Of a DNA stretch of 64,000 nt, positions 30,835 through 44,374 are shown piece after piece. The position numbers and the translations under genes were made by a program. Source of the stretch: an uncultured Gemmatimonadales bacterium (GTDB lineage: Bacteria > Gemmatimonadota > Gemmatimonadetes > Gemmatimonadales > GWC2-71-9); NCBI GenBank assembly GCA_963739455.1, contig CAVUAK010000003.1:32001-96000 (forward strand), in the 5' to 3' direction. A model generated the notes under the pieces. It saw nothing but the letters and a program-made list of their open reading frames with translations, was not told the origin of the DNA and made no database searches. The stretch's first letter is position 1, and each line of letters starts with the position of its first letter.

Positions 30835-31508
30835 GGCAGCGTCGGCGCAAGCGCGGCGGCAGCGGCGGTCGGGTCAGTCAGCCTCGGCACTTCCAGGACT
30901 CGGTCGAGACCGGACAGGCGCACGATGGCGTCGCGATTGGTGGCGGTAGATGCATCGGGTACTTCCGGGGCGGACAGCACCACGCCCGCCGCGAGGATGC
31001 CGCCCAGCTCGAGCGCGCCCAGCGTGAGCAGCGTGTGGTTGATGGTACCGAGCCGGTTGGCCGCCGCGACCAGCACCGAGGCACCCAGCGCCTCCGCCAG
31101 GTCCACGACATTCCAGTCCCATGCCAGCGGTGCCAGCAGGCCGCCCGCCGTCTCGACCAGCGTGATCTCGGTGCCGCGCGCAACCCGCTCCACCTCGCCC
31201 ACCACCGTATCGAAGTCCAGCTTCTCGCCGCCCTCCAGGTCCACCGCCACTGCCGGGGCCACCGGTGTGCGGAACCGGTAGAGTGCGTGCAGCGGTGCCC
31301 GCTGCCCGGTGGCCGCCGCCAGCTGCACTCCGTCCTCGGAGGCCGATGGATTCAGCTCCGTGCCGGTTTCCACCACCTTGATCGCGACGACACTGTGCCC
31401 GCCCAGCACCAGTGCCCGCGCCAGCGCGCATCCCACCCAGGTCTTGCCGACGCCGCTGTCGGTGCCCGTCACGAAGATGATGCGCGACGTGCCGGCAGCG
31501 CCGCTCAT
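30813..31508 (-). CDS. bioD: Dethiobiotin synthase
   Basis: VTGTDSGVGKT, ETAGG and LGTINHTLL. Confidence 0.95.
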   Translation of the reverse strand: MSGAAGTSRIIFVTGTDSGVGKTWVGCALARALVLGGHSVVAIKVVETGTELNPSASEDGVQLAAATGQRAPLHALYRFRTPVAPAVAVDLEGGEKLDFDTVVGEVERVARGTEITLVETAGGLLAPLAWDWNVVDLAEALGASVLVAAANRLGTINHTLLTLGALELGGILAAGVVLSAPEVPDASTATNRDAIVRLSGLDRVLEVPRLTDPTAAAAALAPTLPWILPSR

Positions 31509-32872
31509 GCCGGCACCGTAACCGGGGCGCCGCACACCTCGATGATCGATTCCTGGATCACGCGCACCAGCATCGCGAGTTCGGTCTCCGTCACGGTCAG
31601 CGGCGGCATGAGCACGACGACGTCTCCCAGCGGTCGGAGGAACACTCCACGCTTCCGTGCTGCGCCACACACCTTCATGCCACGACGCTCCCTCGCCGGG
31701 TACGACATCCTCGTGTCGCGATCAGCCGTCAACTCGATGCCGGCTGCCAGGCCGTACTGCCGGATATCTCCCACGGCGGGCAGCACGCGCAGTTCCTCCA
31801 GCAGCGCCGCGAGCATCGTCACCTTGCCGGGCAACTCCGCCAGCAGGTTGGTTTGCTCGAAAATGTCGAGCGTCGCGTGCGCGGCGGCCGCAGCCAGCGG
31901 GTTGCCGGTGTACGTGTGACCGTGAAAGAAGGTGCGGCCCTCGGATGGATGACCGAGGAACGCGCGAAAGATCCGTTCCGTGGTGAGTGTCGCCGCCATC
32001 GGCAGGTAGCCGCCGGTCAGTCCCTTGGCGAGACAGAGGAAGTCGGGGCTCACACCCTCCTTGTTCGATGCGAACAGTTCCCCCGAGCGCCCGAAGCCCA
32101 CCGCCACCTCGTCCAGCACAAGCAGTGTGCCCGCGCGATCGGCCAGCTCCCGCACCCGCCGCGTGAAGGCGGGCGGCTGCGTCAACATCCCGGCCGCGCC
32201 CTGCATTCCCGGCTCCAGCACGATGGCCGCGAGTGTGGAACCGTGCGCATTCACCAGCGCCTCGAGCACTTCCTCAGAGCCGGGAACCCCGGGTGACGGT
32301 GCCTGGATCGTCTGGAAGAGCAGGGGACGGTACCGCTCGTGGAAGAGGTCGATACCACCGAGCGACACCGAGCCGATCGTGTCGCCATGATAGGCATTGC
32401 CGAAGGTGAGGAACGCGGTCCGCTGCTTCTGCGCGCCACCGTCGGCCTGCTGCCAGTACTGCAGCGCCATCTTGAGCGCCACCTCGACCGCGGTGGACCC
32501 GTTGTCGGAGTAGAAGACCCGCGAGAGGCCCGCCGGTGCCTTGTCCACCAGCCGCTTCGCCAGCGTCACCGCCGGTGCCGTGGCATTGCCCAGGAAGGTC
32601 GCATGCGCGATCCGGTCGAGCTGCGCCCGGATCGCCGCGTCGATCTCCGGCCGCCGGTGCCCGAACAGGTTGCACCACAGGGAACTGACGCCGTCGAAGT
32701 ACCGCCGCCCGTCGGCGTCGATGAGGTAGTGCCCCTCACCGGCCACCACCATGAGCGGATCGTCGTCGGCGTACGCACTGTGCGGCGTGAACGGATGCCA
32801 CACGTGGAGTGCATCCAGCTCACGGAGCTCGCCGCTGTTACCCGCGCCGCTGTTACCCGCCCTACCCGCCAT
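31505..32872 (-). CDS. bioA: Adenosylmethionine-8-amino-7-oxononanoate aminotransferase
   Basis: WHPFT, SDNGSTAVEVALKMA, YHGDT, AKGLTGGYLP and HGHTYTGNP. Confidence 0.95.
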   Translation of the reverse strand: MAGRAGNSGAGNSGELRELDALHVWHPFTPHSAYADDDPLMVVAGEGHYLIDADGRRYFDGVSSLWCNLFGHRRPEIDAAIRAQLDRIAHATFLGNATAPAVTLAKRLVDKAPAGLSRVFYSDNGSTAVEVALKMALQYWQQADGGAQKQRTAFLTFGNAYHGDTIGSVSLGGIDLFHERYRPLLFQTIQAPSPGVPGSEEVLEALVNAHGSTLAAIVLEPGMQGAAGMLTQPPAFTRRVRELADRAGTLLVLDEVAVGFGRSGELFASNKEGVSPDFLCLAKGLTGGYLPMAATLTTERIFRAFLGHPSEGRTFFHGHTYTGNPLAAAAAHATLDIFEQTNLLAELPGKVTMLAALLEELRVLPAVGDIRQYGLAAGIELTADRDTRMSYPARERRGMKVCGAARKRGVFLRPLGDVVVLMPPLTVTETELAMLVRVIQESIIEVCGAPVTVPA

Positions 32873-32893
32873 ACCCGCCCTCCCCGCCTTGCC

Positions 32894-33878
32894 TCACGCA
32901 GGAACCAATTCCGCAACACGGAATCCAGCATCGGCAATCATCTTCAAGTCTGCCTCATACCCCGCGCCACCCGTCGTCAGGTACCCGTTCACGAAGATCG
33001 AGTTCGCCGGCCAGAGTGCCAGCGCCTGCAGGTGACGCAGGTTCACCTCCCGACCCCCGGCCACCCGGATATCCCGCGACGGGTTCACGAAACGGAACAT
33101 TGCCAGCAGCCTGAGACAGTCCATCGGCGCCAGCCGCTCGTTGTCACCCATCGGCGTGCCGGGGCGCGGATCGAGGAAGTTGACCGGGATCGATTCCACC
33201 TCGAGCGCCTGCAGCTCGAACGCGAGCGAAATCCGGTCGTCCTCCGTCTCGCCCATGCCCATGATGCCGCCGCAGCACGCCTCGAGACCCGCCGCGCGCG
33301 CGCGCTTCACCGTCGCCACCCGGTCGTCCCACGTGTGGGTACCGCAGAGCTCCGGGTAGAACCGCTTCGATGATTCGAGGTTGTGGTTGAAGCGGGTCAC
33401 CCCCGCCTCCGCGAGCTGCTCCGCCTGGCCGTCCTTGAGCAGGCCGAGCGACGTGCAGACGTTGATGTTCATCTCGGCCTTGATCTGCCGCACCGCCTCG
33501 CAGATCGTGTCCAGGTCGCGCGCCGACGGCCCCCGCGTCGCCGTCACCATGCAGTACTTCACTGCGCCCATGGCGTGCGCGTGCCGGGCGCCCTCCACCA
33601 GTTCGTCCACCGTCTGCATCCGGTACTGAGTCTACGCCCGTGTTGTGGCGCGACGACTGGCTGCAGAAAGCGCAGTCCTCCGGACACTTGCCGCTCTTGG
33701 CGTTCTGCAGCACGTGCAGCCGGACATCCCTGCCGTGAAACTGTTGGCGGATCTGGAACGCTGCCCCGAGCAGGGGAAGCAGGTCGTCGTCGCTCGAGCG
33801 CACGATGCTCCGCGCGTCGTCGGCCGAGATCGGGTTGCCGCCCAGCACCTGCTCGGCGAGCGCACTCCAGTTGCTCAC
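32894..33878 (-). CDS. bioB: Biotin synthase (frameshift near 33630)
   Basis: CPEDCAFC radical-SAM motif, FNHNLE, CCGGIMGMGE and IPVNFL. Confidence 0.93.
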
Positions 33879-34025
33879 ATGAACTCCGGGGATATTTGAT
33901 TGGGAGACTACTGGGATGCGGGGCCAGATGGTAGATGGGACGGGGAGTCGTCAGTCGTCAGTCGACAGTCGTCAGGCAGGGGACAGCTGACAGCTTTCTG
34001 CCGACTGCCGACCGATGACTGTGGA

Positions 34026-34394
34026 CTAGTTCGGGGGATATTTCTGGAATATTTGTTGGACTGTCCGAATCCGCTCGGCGAAGTCCAGCAACGTCATGTC
34101 GTAGACGATGTCATCGCTCCCGCTCAGCGCGCCGAAGGCCGCTCCGGCAGTCCCCATCTGCATCTCCGACGCCTGGAACAGCCGCATTTCCTTGATCTCG
34201 CCCGCCTTCACCACACCGGTCGAGTCCGCCTGCCGGTAGGTCAGCTTGTCACCCTCCAGGCTGACCAGCCGGATGTCCCACAGCAACTCGTCGTTCTGGA
34301 GCGTGATTTGCCAGCGGTCAGCCTTGGCCTGGGCCGCCGACGGGGCAGGGGCCGCCAGGGCGGCCAGGAGTCCGAGCAGGATGAGCAAGCGCAT
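34026..34394 (-). CDS. Hypothetical exported protein
   Basis: Signal peptide MRLLILLGLLAALAAPAPSAAQ. Confidence 0.65.
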   Translation of the reverse strand: MRLLILLGLLAALAAPAPSAAQAKADRWQITLQNDELLWDIRLVSLEGDKLTYRQADSTGVVKAGEIKEMRLFQASEMQMGTAGAAFGALSGSDDIVYDMTLLDFAERIRTVQQIFQKYPPN

Positions 34395-34491
34395 GGGCCT
34401 CCAGTTGGGCTGCTCCTGCATCTTAGCCGTTTTCTTCCCCGACGGGCCGCTCTTGAGTTTCCCTCGGCCAGCGGGCACGTTTCGCGGATTG

Positions 34492-34564
34492 GGGGGCGTA
34501 GCTCAATTGGTAGAGCACGGGCCTTTTAAGCCCTAGGTTGTGGGTTCGAGTCCCACCGCCCTCA
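34492..34564 (+). tRNA. tRNA-Lys (TTT)
   Basis: GGGGGCG/CGCCCTC acceptor stem, TAGCTCAATTGGTAGAGC D-arm, CT-TTT-AA loop, GTTCGAGT T-loop; CCA not encoded. Confidence 0.95.
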
Positions 34565-34752
34565 TGACAAGGCGGGCAAGGCGGTAGGGCGGGGAGGGCG
34601 GGGTGGCCCCCTCACTCCTCACGCCGTTGCTGTTCCTCCTCACGCTGTTTCGTCCGCCCCTGGTTCCTCCGCTTTTGGCTCCTCCGCGCTTGCTTCTTCC
34701 GCAGTTCCATTTTGCGCCGCATACTATATGTGGCTCCCTCTCCCCGGTTTCC

Positions 34753-35719
34753 ATGAACATCCTGTCTGACCGCCCCGTCTTCGCCGTCGATGGCGAGGTC
34801 TTTCATTGGGGTGATGTGGTGCTGCACGCACAGGCGAGTGGTCGCTGGGACGAGCTTCAGGCCGAGGCTCGCCAGGGCCTCGCCTGTGAGTCGCATTTTG
34901 ATACCATCGACGAGGACGGTGCCGAGGAAGCCATCGACGACGCGGCTGCCGAGTTCCGCTATGACCGCGAGCTCATCACCGCCGAGGAAATGGAGGCCTG
35001 GCTCCAGGCCAGGGGGCTCACGCCAGAGGAGTGGATGGGGTCCATTCGCCGCACCGTCCTCCGTCAGCTTTGGGCCGCCGACCTCGACGAGATCGTGGCG
35101 GAGCACCCCGTCTCCGACACGGAGCTCGATGAGGCCCTCCGCATCGACCTGCTCTGCTCCGGGGCGCCTCGCATCCTGGCCGAGGAACTGGCGGTCGAGG
35201 CCGCCGCGGCGGCCGCGGCGGCCGTGACCTCCCCGCCCTCCCCGCCATCTGACGACCGGCATGCCCTCCTGGCTGCCCTCCGCGCCCGCGCCGTCCGCTT
35301 CCGCCAGGAGGCCCTGGCCCCCGAGACCATCGCCCGCGAGGTCCAGTCCAACCAGATGGAATGGATCAGGGTCGACTGCCAGGCAATCGGCTTTCCCGAG
35401 GAAGGCCCCGCCCGCGAGGCGGCGCTCCTGCTGCGCGAGGACGGGCTCGACATCGAGGAGGTTGCCGGCGAGGCCGACGTGCCTATCGAGGATGTGGTGT
35501 TCTACCTCGATCAGCTCGACCCCGAACAGCACTCCCGCTTCCTCGGCGCGACCGTGGACGACGTCATCGGGCCAGTCCCGGTCGACGATGCGTGGAACGT
35601 CTATCTCGTCGTGGCGAAGGTGATGCCCTCCATCCAGGATCCGGAGATCGTCCGCCGGGCCGAGGAAGGGGTGCTCTCCCGGCTGCTCGCAGGCGAGGTC
35701 AACCGACGTGTACGGTGGC

Positions 35720-35733
<14 letters not shown>
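34753..35733 (+). CDS. Acidic SurA/PpiC-like protein, putative peptide-maturation/export chaperone
   Basis: FRYDRELITAEEMEAWLQARGLT helical region and degenerate parvulin-like C-terminus (DVIGPVPV...VYLV); no signal peptide; first gene of the PCAT operon. Confidence 0.65.
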
Positions 35734-38943
<3,210 letters not shown>

Positions 38944-38947
38944 CAGC

Positions 38948-40183
38948 ATGAGCGGCGACGATACCGCCTTCCTCGAGTCCGATCCGCCGCACTGGGCCGC
39001 CCGCGGCCTCGGTCGACCTCATCATCGTGCTGTTCGTGCTCATGCTGCTCGCCGCGGTCGTGGTGCACGTGCCCGAGACGGTGTCGGGCCGGTTCACCCT
39101 GGTGCCCCTGCGCGGCACCGATCCGGTCCGGACCCCGCGGAAGGCGTCCTCACCGTCGTCGCGGTCCAGGAGGGCGAGCCGTCCCGGCCGGCGCCACCCT
39201 CTTCGTGGTTCGCTCCGCCGTCGGCCAGCCGATCGCACCTCCGACCTGCGCACCCTGCGAGACCCAGCTGCGCGGCCAACACCGAGCGCCTGCTCCGCAT
39301 CGCCGCCAGCCAGTACCGCAGCCCGCGCCGCGTCCGATTCGGCCGAAGGCCCGCCGGCTCCAGAGTCGCGAGACCTTCCTCGAGCGCCTGATCGCGTCCG
39401 AAGAGCCAGCGCCTCGCCGCTGATCCAGGAGCATCGCCGACAGTTCCGTGGCCGGTGCCAAGCGCGGCGCGCTCGGCACCGGCTCGACGTGCAGCCGGCT
39501 CGAGACTCGAGCCCGAGCCGCTCGAGCGAGGAGAGTCCAGACCGCCAACAACGACCTCGCGAGACCCGCGCCGACATCACGCGGCTCAAGCAGGACGAGG
39601 ATTGCCCGCGACCTCGAATACCGGCAGATCCGCGGCGCCTCGAGGAAGCACATGGACCACCGAGCGGATCCGCACCACGTCGCTGCAGCGCGACCCGGCC
39701 ACCATCAGCGACTGCGGCCTGGTCCTCACGTCACCCTGCGCCGGCACCATGCTCCGCCTCCGGGTCAACGCGCCCGGCGCCGTGGTGCAGCGAGGGCGAC
39801 ATCCTCGGCGAGGTGGCCTGCGCAGGGCGACCGGCTGCAGGCCGAGCTGGTGCTGCCCCAGGCCGGCGTGCCGCAGGTCCACGCCGGCCAGGGCGTGAAG
39901 CTCCGCTTCGATGCCTTCCCCTATCAGCGCTTCGGCGTCCAGTTCGGCACCGTGCAGTGGCTGGGGCCCGCCGGCGAGCGCCGGCACGGACCAGGGCGGC
40001 TTCCGCGCGCTCGTCGAGCTCTCGCCGCGACTCAGATCCGGGTGCAGCGGCAAGATGGCGGCCGCCTGCTCCCCGGCATGGGCGGGCGAGGCCGACATCG
40101 TGGTGGGCCGCCGCTCGCTGGTGAGCTACGCCTTCGAGCCGATCCGCGCCCTCAAGGAGATCTTCGCCGAGGTGCCGGCCCAC

Positions 40184-40187
<4 letters not shown>
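38948..40187 (+). CDS. HlyD-family membrane-fusion adaptor (multiple frameshifts)
   Basis: [14 protein letters not shown] plus TM, coiled region, [22 protein letters not shown] and [18 protein letters not shown]. Confidence 0.85.
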
Positions 40188-41202
<1,015 letters not shown>

Positions 41203-41376
41203 CTGCGAGTATCGCTGTCATCGCGAGGCCGCGCAGCGGCTTTGGCGATCCCGGTGCACCGGCACGGAGCCGCGTTTCGCTACCATGGTCCCATCTCGGT
41301 CCCATCGCAGGGTCTTGTTCTCGGGCCGCCACCTCTCTTCGCGGTGCGAAGTCATTGTGATTGCTGTGCGCACGGT

Positions 41377-41393
41377 TCGGCACAGCGATTGCT
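41377..41393 (+). promoter_or_regulatory. Sigma54 -24/-12 promoter for precursor 1
   Basis: tcGGCACAGCGATTGCt; GG at 41379-80, N10, GC at 41391-92. Confidence 0.85.
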
Positions 41394-41449
41394 TTTCAAT
41401 CGGGGGTGACAACGTCGTCGGGACCCGTTTACCACCACTGGAGTACACC

Positions 41450-41563
41450 ATGGCCGCCAAGAAGAGCTCAAAGGTGAAGGATCTGCCCCGCAAGTCGGTC
41501 TCGTCGAAGAAGGCCGCGAACGTGAAGGGTGGTCGGAAGGCCGGCAAGGGTCAGCAGGAGTAG
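41450..41563 (+). CDS. Double-glycine precursor peptide 1 (37 aa): MAAKKSSKVKDLPRKSVSSKKAANVKGG|RKAGKGQQE
   Basis: RBS ggag, hand-translated, GG leader, downstream of the C39 PCAT. Confidence 0.85.
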   Translation: MAAKKSSKVKDLPRKSVSSKKAANVKGGRKAGKGQQE

Positions 41564-41599
41564 CTGAATGGCGTTGGACAAGTTCCGGCATCGTTTCTC

Positions 41600-41628
41600 G
41601 GCCCGCTGACCTCTCAGGACAGCGGGCC
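41600..41628 (+). other. GC-rich hairpin after precursor 1
   Basis: ggcccgctg...cagcgggcc inverted repeat. Confidence 0.55.
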
Positions 41629-41813
41629 ATGTGTCATCGCGAGCCCGCGTAGCGGGCGTGGCGATCCCGTTGCATCGGCACGGAGTCGTTTCACTACCAT
41701 GGCTTCGGATCAGTACCACTGCTCGGCCCCATCATCGAACCATTCTCCAGGTCACCTGCACCGGTTCGTTCGCGAAGTCGTTGTCATTGCATCACATCCG
41801 GATTTGGCGCAGT

Positions 41814-41830
41814 TGGGCACAGCGATTGCC
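41814..41830 (+). promoter_or_regulatory. Sigma54 -24/-12 promoter for precursor 2 (and possibly 3-4)
   Basis: tgGGCACAGCGATTGCc; the 14-mer is identical to 41379-41392. Confidence 0.85.
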
Positions 41831-41889
41831 TTTCTATAGGGCAGGCAGAACTTCGCTGCCGCCTCGTTCACTACCACAGGAGATGCACC

Positions 41890-42000
41890 ATGGCCGCCAA
41901 GAAGAGCTCAAAGGTGAAGGATCTTCCGCGCAAGTCCGTCTCGTCGAAGAAGGCCTCGAACATCAAGGGTGGCGCGAAGGGTCTCAAGCCGAAGGCGTGA
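41890..42000 (+). CDS. Double-glycine precursor peptide 2 (36 aa): MAAKKSSKVKDLPRKSVSSKKASNIKGG|AKGLKPKA
   Basis: RBS aggag, hand-translated, leader nearly identical to precursor 1. Confidence 0.85.
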   Translation: MAAKKSSKVKDLPRKSVSSKKASNIKGGAKGLKPKA

Positions 42001-42065
42001 GCAGCAGGCAATGATTGCTACGGGCTCGTTCACTGATTCCGTCAACGTTCTCAGGAGTGTTTCCA

Positions 42066-42164
42066 ATGGCTAAGAAGAATGCGCCCGTGCGCGACCTGCC
42101 CGAGAAGAAGCTCCCCGCCGGCAAGGCCGATCAGATCAAGGGTGGACGCAAGGCCCGCGACTGA
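42066..42164 (+). CDS. Double-glycine precursor peptide 3 (32 aa): MAKKNAPVRDLPEKKLPAGKADQIKGG|RKARD
   Basis: RBS aggag and DLP...IKGG leader. Confidence 0.82.
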   Translation: MAKKNAPVRDLPEKKLPAGKADQIKGGRKARD

Positions 42165-42176
42165 ACTGAACCGCTT

Positions 42177-42209
42177 CGTGACCCGCTGGTCGTTTCACAG
42201 CGGGTTACG
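42177..42209 (+). other. Hairpin between precursors 3 and 4
   Basis: cgtgacccgctg...cagcgggttacg; shares the cccgctg/cagcggg core with the hairpin at 41600. Confidence 0.55.
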
Positions 42210-42262
42210 GGCTGTCAGGAGCCCGCAGTCAGAGAAGTGAACCGTTCAACCACACGTGGAGT

Positions 42263-42415
42263 ATGGCCCAGAAGAAGCGCCGGAAGCCCGAGGAAAAGGC
42301 TCGCAAGAATGAGGTGGTCCTGCTCAAGGACCTGGCGCCGCGCACGGACGTGAAGGGCGGTGCAAAGCTGCGCTTCGGTGAGGCACCCTCCTCGACCGGC
42401 AAGGGGAAGGACTAG
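42263..42415 (+). CDS. Double-glycine precursor peptide 4 (50 aa): MAQKKRRKPEEKARKNEVVLLKDLAPRTDVKGG|AKLRFGEAPSSTGKGKD
   Basis: ggag upstream and KDL...VKGG motif. Confidence 0.75.
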   Translation: MAQKKRRKPEEKARKNEVVLLKDLAPRTDVKGGAKLRFGEAPSSTGKGKD

Positions 42416-42506
42416 GCGGCAGAAACCTCCCCGCCCTCCCCGCCCTCCCCGCCTTGTGAGTAACTTCAAGCCAGACCAACAAGCTCCCTTTCGTCGGATC
42501 AAGTAC

Positions 42507-43415
42507 ATGGCCACCCCGTCAACTGCTCCCGCGCCCTCCAGGAATGCGCCCCGCGCGGGCCAGACCACCATCTGGCTCGACGGCGAATGGCACACCCGCG
42601 ATACGGCCAAGGTCTCGGTCTTCGATCACGGCCTGCTCTATGGCGACGGCGTCTTTGAGGGGATCCGCGTCTACGGCGGCAAGATCTTCCGGCTTGAGGA
42701 GCACATCGACCGGCTCTATGACTCGGCCCAGGCTATCTGGCTCACCGTCCCGATGCCGAAGGCCGAGATGATCGCCGTCACCGAAGAGGCCGTGCGCCGC
42801 TCCGGGATCACCGAGGCCTACATCCGCCACATCGTAACCCGCGGTGTCGGCGACCTCGGCCTGAGCCCGAAAAATTGCCCGCGCGCCACGGTCATCATCA
42901 TCGTCGACACCATCGCGCTTTGGCCTGCGGCCACGTACGACACGGGGCTTCGCGTCATCACCGCCGGCACCCCGATCCCGCATCGCGAGGCGCTGTCGCC
43001 GCGCGTGAAGTCGCTCAACTACCTGCCGCACATCATGGCCAAGAGCGAGGGCATCGTCGCCGGCATGGATGACGTGCTCATGCTCGACAGCGCCGGCTTC
43101 GTGGCTGAGGCGTCTGGCTGCAACATCTTCGTGGTGAAGGGGAAGTCCATTCGCACCCCGCCGGCGTTCGCCGGGATCCTCAAGGGGGTCACGCGCGACC
43201 TGGTCATCGACCTCGCGCGCGAGGCCGGCTACACCATGAGCGAGGAACAGCTCAACCGCTACGACATCTACACCGCGGACGAGGTCTTCTTCACCGGCAC
43301 CGCGGCCGAGGTGGTCGGCATCCGCGAGGTCGATGGCCGCCGCATCGGCGCCGGCAAGCCCGGCCCCGTGACGCACGACATTGCTGCCCGCTTCCGGGCC
43401 CTCACCCGCGGCTGA
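42507..43415 (+). CDS. ilvE: Branched-chain amino acid aminotransferase
   Basis: DHGLLYGDGVFEGIR, KSLNY, ILKGVTR and FFTGTAAE. Confidence 0.95.
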   Translation: MATPSTAPAPSRNAPRAGQTTIWLDGEWHTRDTAKVSVFDHGLLYGDGVFEGIRVYGGKIFRLEEHIDRLYDSAQAIWLTVPMPKAEMIAVTEEAVRRSGITEAYIRHIVTRGVGDLGLSPKNCPRATVIIIVDTIALWPAATYDTGLRVITAGTPIPHREALSPRVKSLNYLPHIMAKSEGIVAGMDDVLMLDSAGFVAEASGCNIFVVKGKSIRTPPAFAGILKGVTRDLVIDLAREAGYTMSEEQLNRYDIYTADEVFFTGTAAEVVGIREVDGRRIGAGKPGPVTHDIAARFRALTRG

Positions 43416-43440
43416 CAGGACCGGGTCCCGCTCGGTCGCG

Positions 43441-44017
43441 GTGCTGCTCGACGCACCGCGGCCGGAGTTTGTGCCACGCGGCCTCGCCCTGGCCGTCGGT
43501 GAGAAGTACGCTGTCCGTCTCCTCCGGGTCATCGCCCGCCGCACCATCGAGAGCATAGAGTCGCTGGGATGGGAACCGGTCGTCTGGTTTGCGCCGGCTG
43601 AGGCCCTTCCCGAGATGCGGCGCTGGCTCGGCGACACCATCGCGCTCTATCCCCGTCCGTCAGGTGACATGGGAAGTACCCTCGCCACCATCGCCCAGCA
43701 GGCGGCTCCCGAGGGCGGGTGGCTCGCGGTGCGGCCCGCCGGTGCCGGGATCACGGTCGAGCTCCTCGAACGGGCGCAGCAGGCGGTCGACGACGGTGGC
43801 CTCGTGTTCGGCGCCACCACGCGTGAGGATGTCTACCTCCTCGGTGGACCTGCTGCGTATGGCGACTTCGTGCGCGACCTGCCTTGGGGCGAGCCCGATC
43901 TCGCACCTGCCATTCGCAGCTCGCCTTCGAGACATGGGCTCCGGCTGGGCCGAGTTGCCCCGGCTGGTTGAAGTGGCGAATGAGGACGACCTCCGTGCCG
44001 CCGGACTCTTGACCTGA
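43441..44017 (+). CDS. DUF2064 / CofC-like protein (frameshift near 43920; start uncertain)
   Basis: GDMG, VFGATTREDVYLLG, LPW and LPRLVEVANEDDL. Confidence 0.6.
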
Positions 44018-44071
44018 TCTCGGCCGCGAACGCACTTTCCCCGACCTGACTGGACCAGACCTGGGGGGTAC

Positions 44072-44311
44072 ATGGCGTGGCGTGTGGTGGAGTACGCGGA
44101 GCGGCAGTGGAGCGTCTCGGTGGCCGCGGAACGGCGGGCCAATTCGCAGCGCTGGAACCTCGTGCTCGCCTTTCGGGCCCGCGATGGTGACAAGCGCCTG
44201 CTCTGGACCGAATACCCCATGGCCTCCACGTCACGCTCCTCGCTGCTCCAGCAGGCGGAGCGCATTCCGGACGCCAAGCTCGCTGAACTTCTCGCCTCCC
44301 AACTCCGGTAA
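44072..44311 (+). CDS. Small hypothetical protein
   Basis: Clean 79-aa ORF with a G-rich RBS region. Confidence 0.6.
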   Translation: MAWRVVEYAERQWSVSVAAERRANSQRWNLVLAFRARDGDKRLLWTEYPMASTSRSSLLQQAERIPDAKLAELLASQLR

Positions 44312-44374
44312 TCCCTCCATGGCATCGATTTCGCTTGATGGCCTCCCGCAGGAAGTCCGTTTCGAGAACGCTTG

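Larger units (their letters stand above)
41216..41563 (+). repeat. Duplicated promoter + precursor cassette, copy 1
   Basis: Blocks of similarity to 41632-42000: 5' hairpin block, 19-bp box, sigma54 site and leader coding sequence. Confidence 0.85.
41632..42000 (+). repeat. Duplicated promoter + precursor cassette, copy 2
   Basis: Blocks of similarity to 41216-41563. Confidence 0.85.

Noticed and set aside
42001..42020. Third sigma54 promoter before precursor 3 (aggcaatgattgc)
   Set aside because: The GG-to-GC spacing is 8, not the required 10.
41216..42415. CRISPR-like array
   Set aside because: The repeated units are long promoter/coding duplications rather than ~30-bp repeats with unique spacers, and there are no cas genes.
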